Shown here piece after piece: positions 63,401 through 64,000 of a DNA stretch of 64,000 nucleotides. The DNA comes from Azolla caroliniana (taxonomy: Eukaryota > Plantae > Polypodiophyta). Under the pieces are notes generated by a model. The model had not been told where the DNA came from. It worked only from the letters and a program-made list of their open reading frames with translations, and made no database searches. Numbering within the stretch: the first letter of the stretch is position 1; each line of letters starts with the position of its first letter. Where the stretch lies: assembly GCA_043228905.1 (NCBI GenBank), contig JBHGNT010000016.1, forward strand, positions 7,502,001-7,566,000, read 5' to 3'. Both the position numbers and the translations under genes were made by a program.

Positions 63401-64000
63401 GGAACAAATGGGTCTACAAGGTGAAGATTGGAGAAGTCCATAGCGAGCCCAGGTATAAAGCCCGCATAGTGGTAAAGGGTTTCCAACAGAAGAAGGGTGT
63501 CGACTTTGATGAAATTTTCACACCAGTCGTGAAGATGACATCCATTCGAACTATTCTGAGCATAGCGGCTGGCATGGACTTGGAGATCGAACAGTTGGAT
63601 GTCAAAACCGCATTTTTGCACGGGGAGCTAGAGGAAGAAATCTACATGCAGCAACCCGAAGGCTTTAAGGAAAAAGGGAAAGAGAATCTGGTGTGTCAAT
63701 TGAGGAAAAGCTTGTACGGAGTAAAACAAGCTCCACGCCAATGGTACAAGAAATTCGAGTCCTTCATGATGGAACATTGGTTCCAGAAAACACAGACCGA
63801 TCACTGTGTGTTCATCAAAAGGTACGAGGAAGGAGATTTCTTGATTCTCTTGTTATACATTGATGACATGTTGATAGTCGGTCAAGATGCAAGGAAGATT
63901 AGAAGCTTGAAGAAAGCTCTCAGCAAATCATTTTCCATGAAAGACCTCGGACCGACAAAGCAAATCCTAGGAATGCACATAACCCGAGATAGAGCTCGGA
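60439..64000 (+). mobile_element. Ty1/copia (same family as 35978-41387) with truncated 5' LTR ending 60730; runs off the window in RT
   Basis: PBS variant TAGTATCAGAGC at about 60734. gag ATG at 60759, CFYCGKPGHLQKDC, WHKRLGHMSEKG, VTFIDD, RTDNSGEY, RT YKARIVVKGF, LDVKTAFLHG, LLYIDDMLI. Confidence 0.92.

Overview
Eukaryotic land-plant genomic DNA; the repeat families suggest a non-seed plant such as a fern, but this is a weak inference. Bases 1-9.6 kb carry one intact host gene on the minus strand, the cytosolic 4-alpha-glucanotransferase DPE2 (two CBM20 modules plus GH77). I traced 22 coding exons; the stop codon lies beyond base 1. Correct splicing requires one minor-spliceosome (U12) AT-AC intron and two GC-AG introns. 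Bases 9.6-16.3 kb are upstream sequence with microsatellites, a long-TIR element, tandem duplications and a hAT-type MITE. From 16.3 to 64 kb the window is a deeply nested transposon cluster: a full-length hAT element that also carries a divergent repeat-protein pseudogene, about ten decayed Ty1/copia elements from at least three families, three or more solo LTRs with exact TSDs, Gypsy gag/pol fragments, and a long env-like coiled-coil ORF that appears only after two insertions are removed. I found no CRISPR array, rRNA or intact tRNA, and no clearly new multi-gene system. The most notable items are the U12 intron, the second gene in the hAT, the reconstructed env-like ORF and the double-PPT 3' ends of one Copia family.
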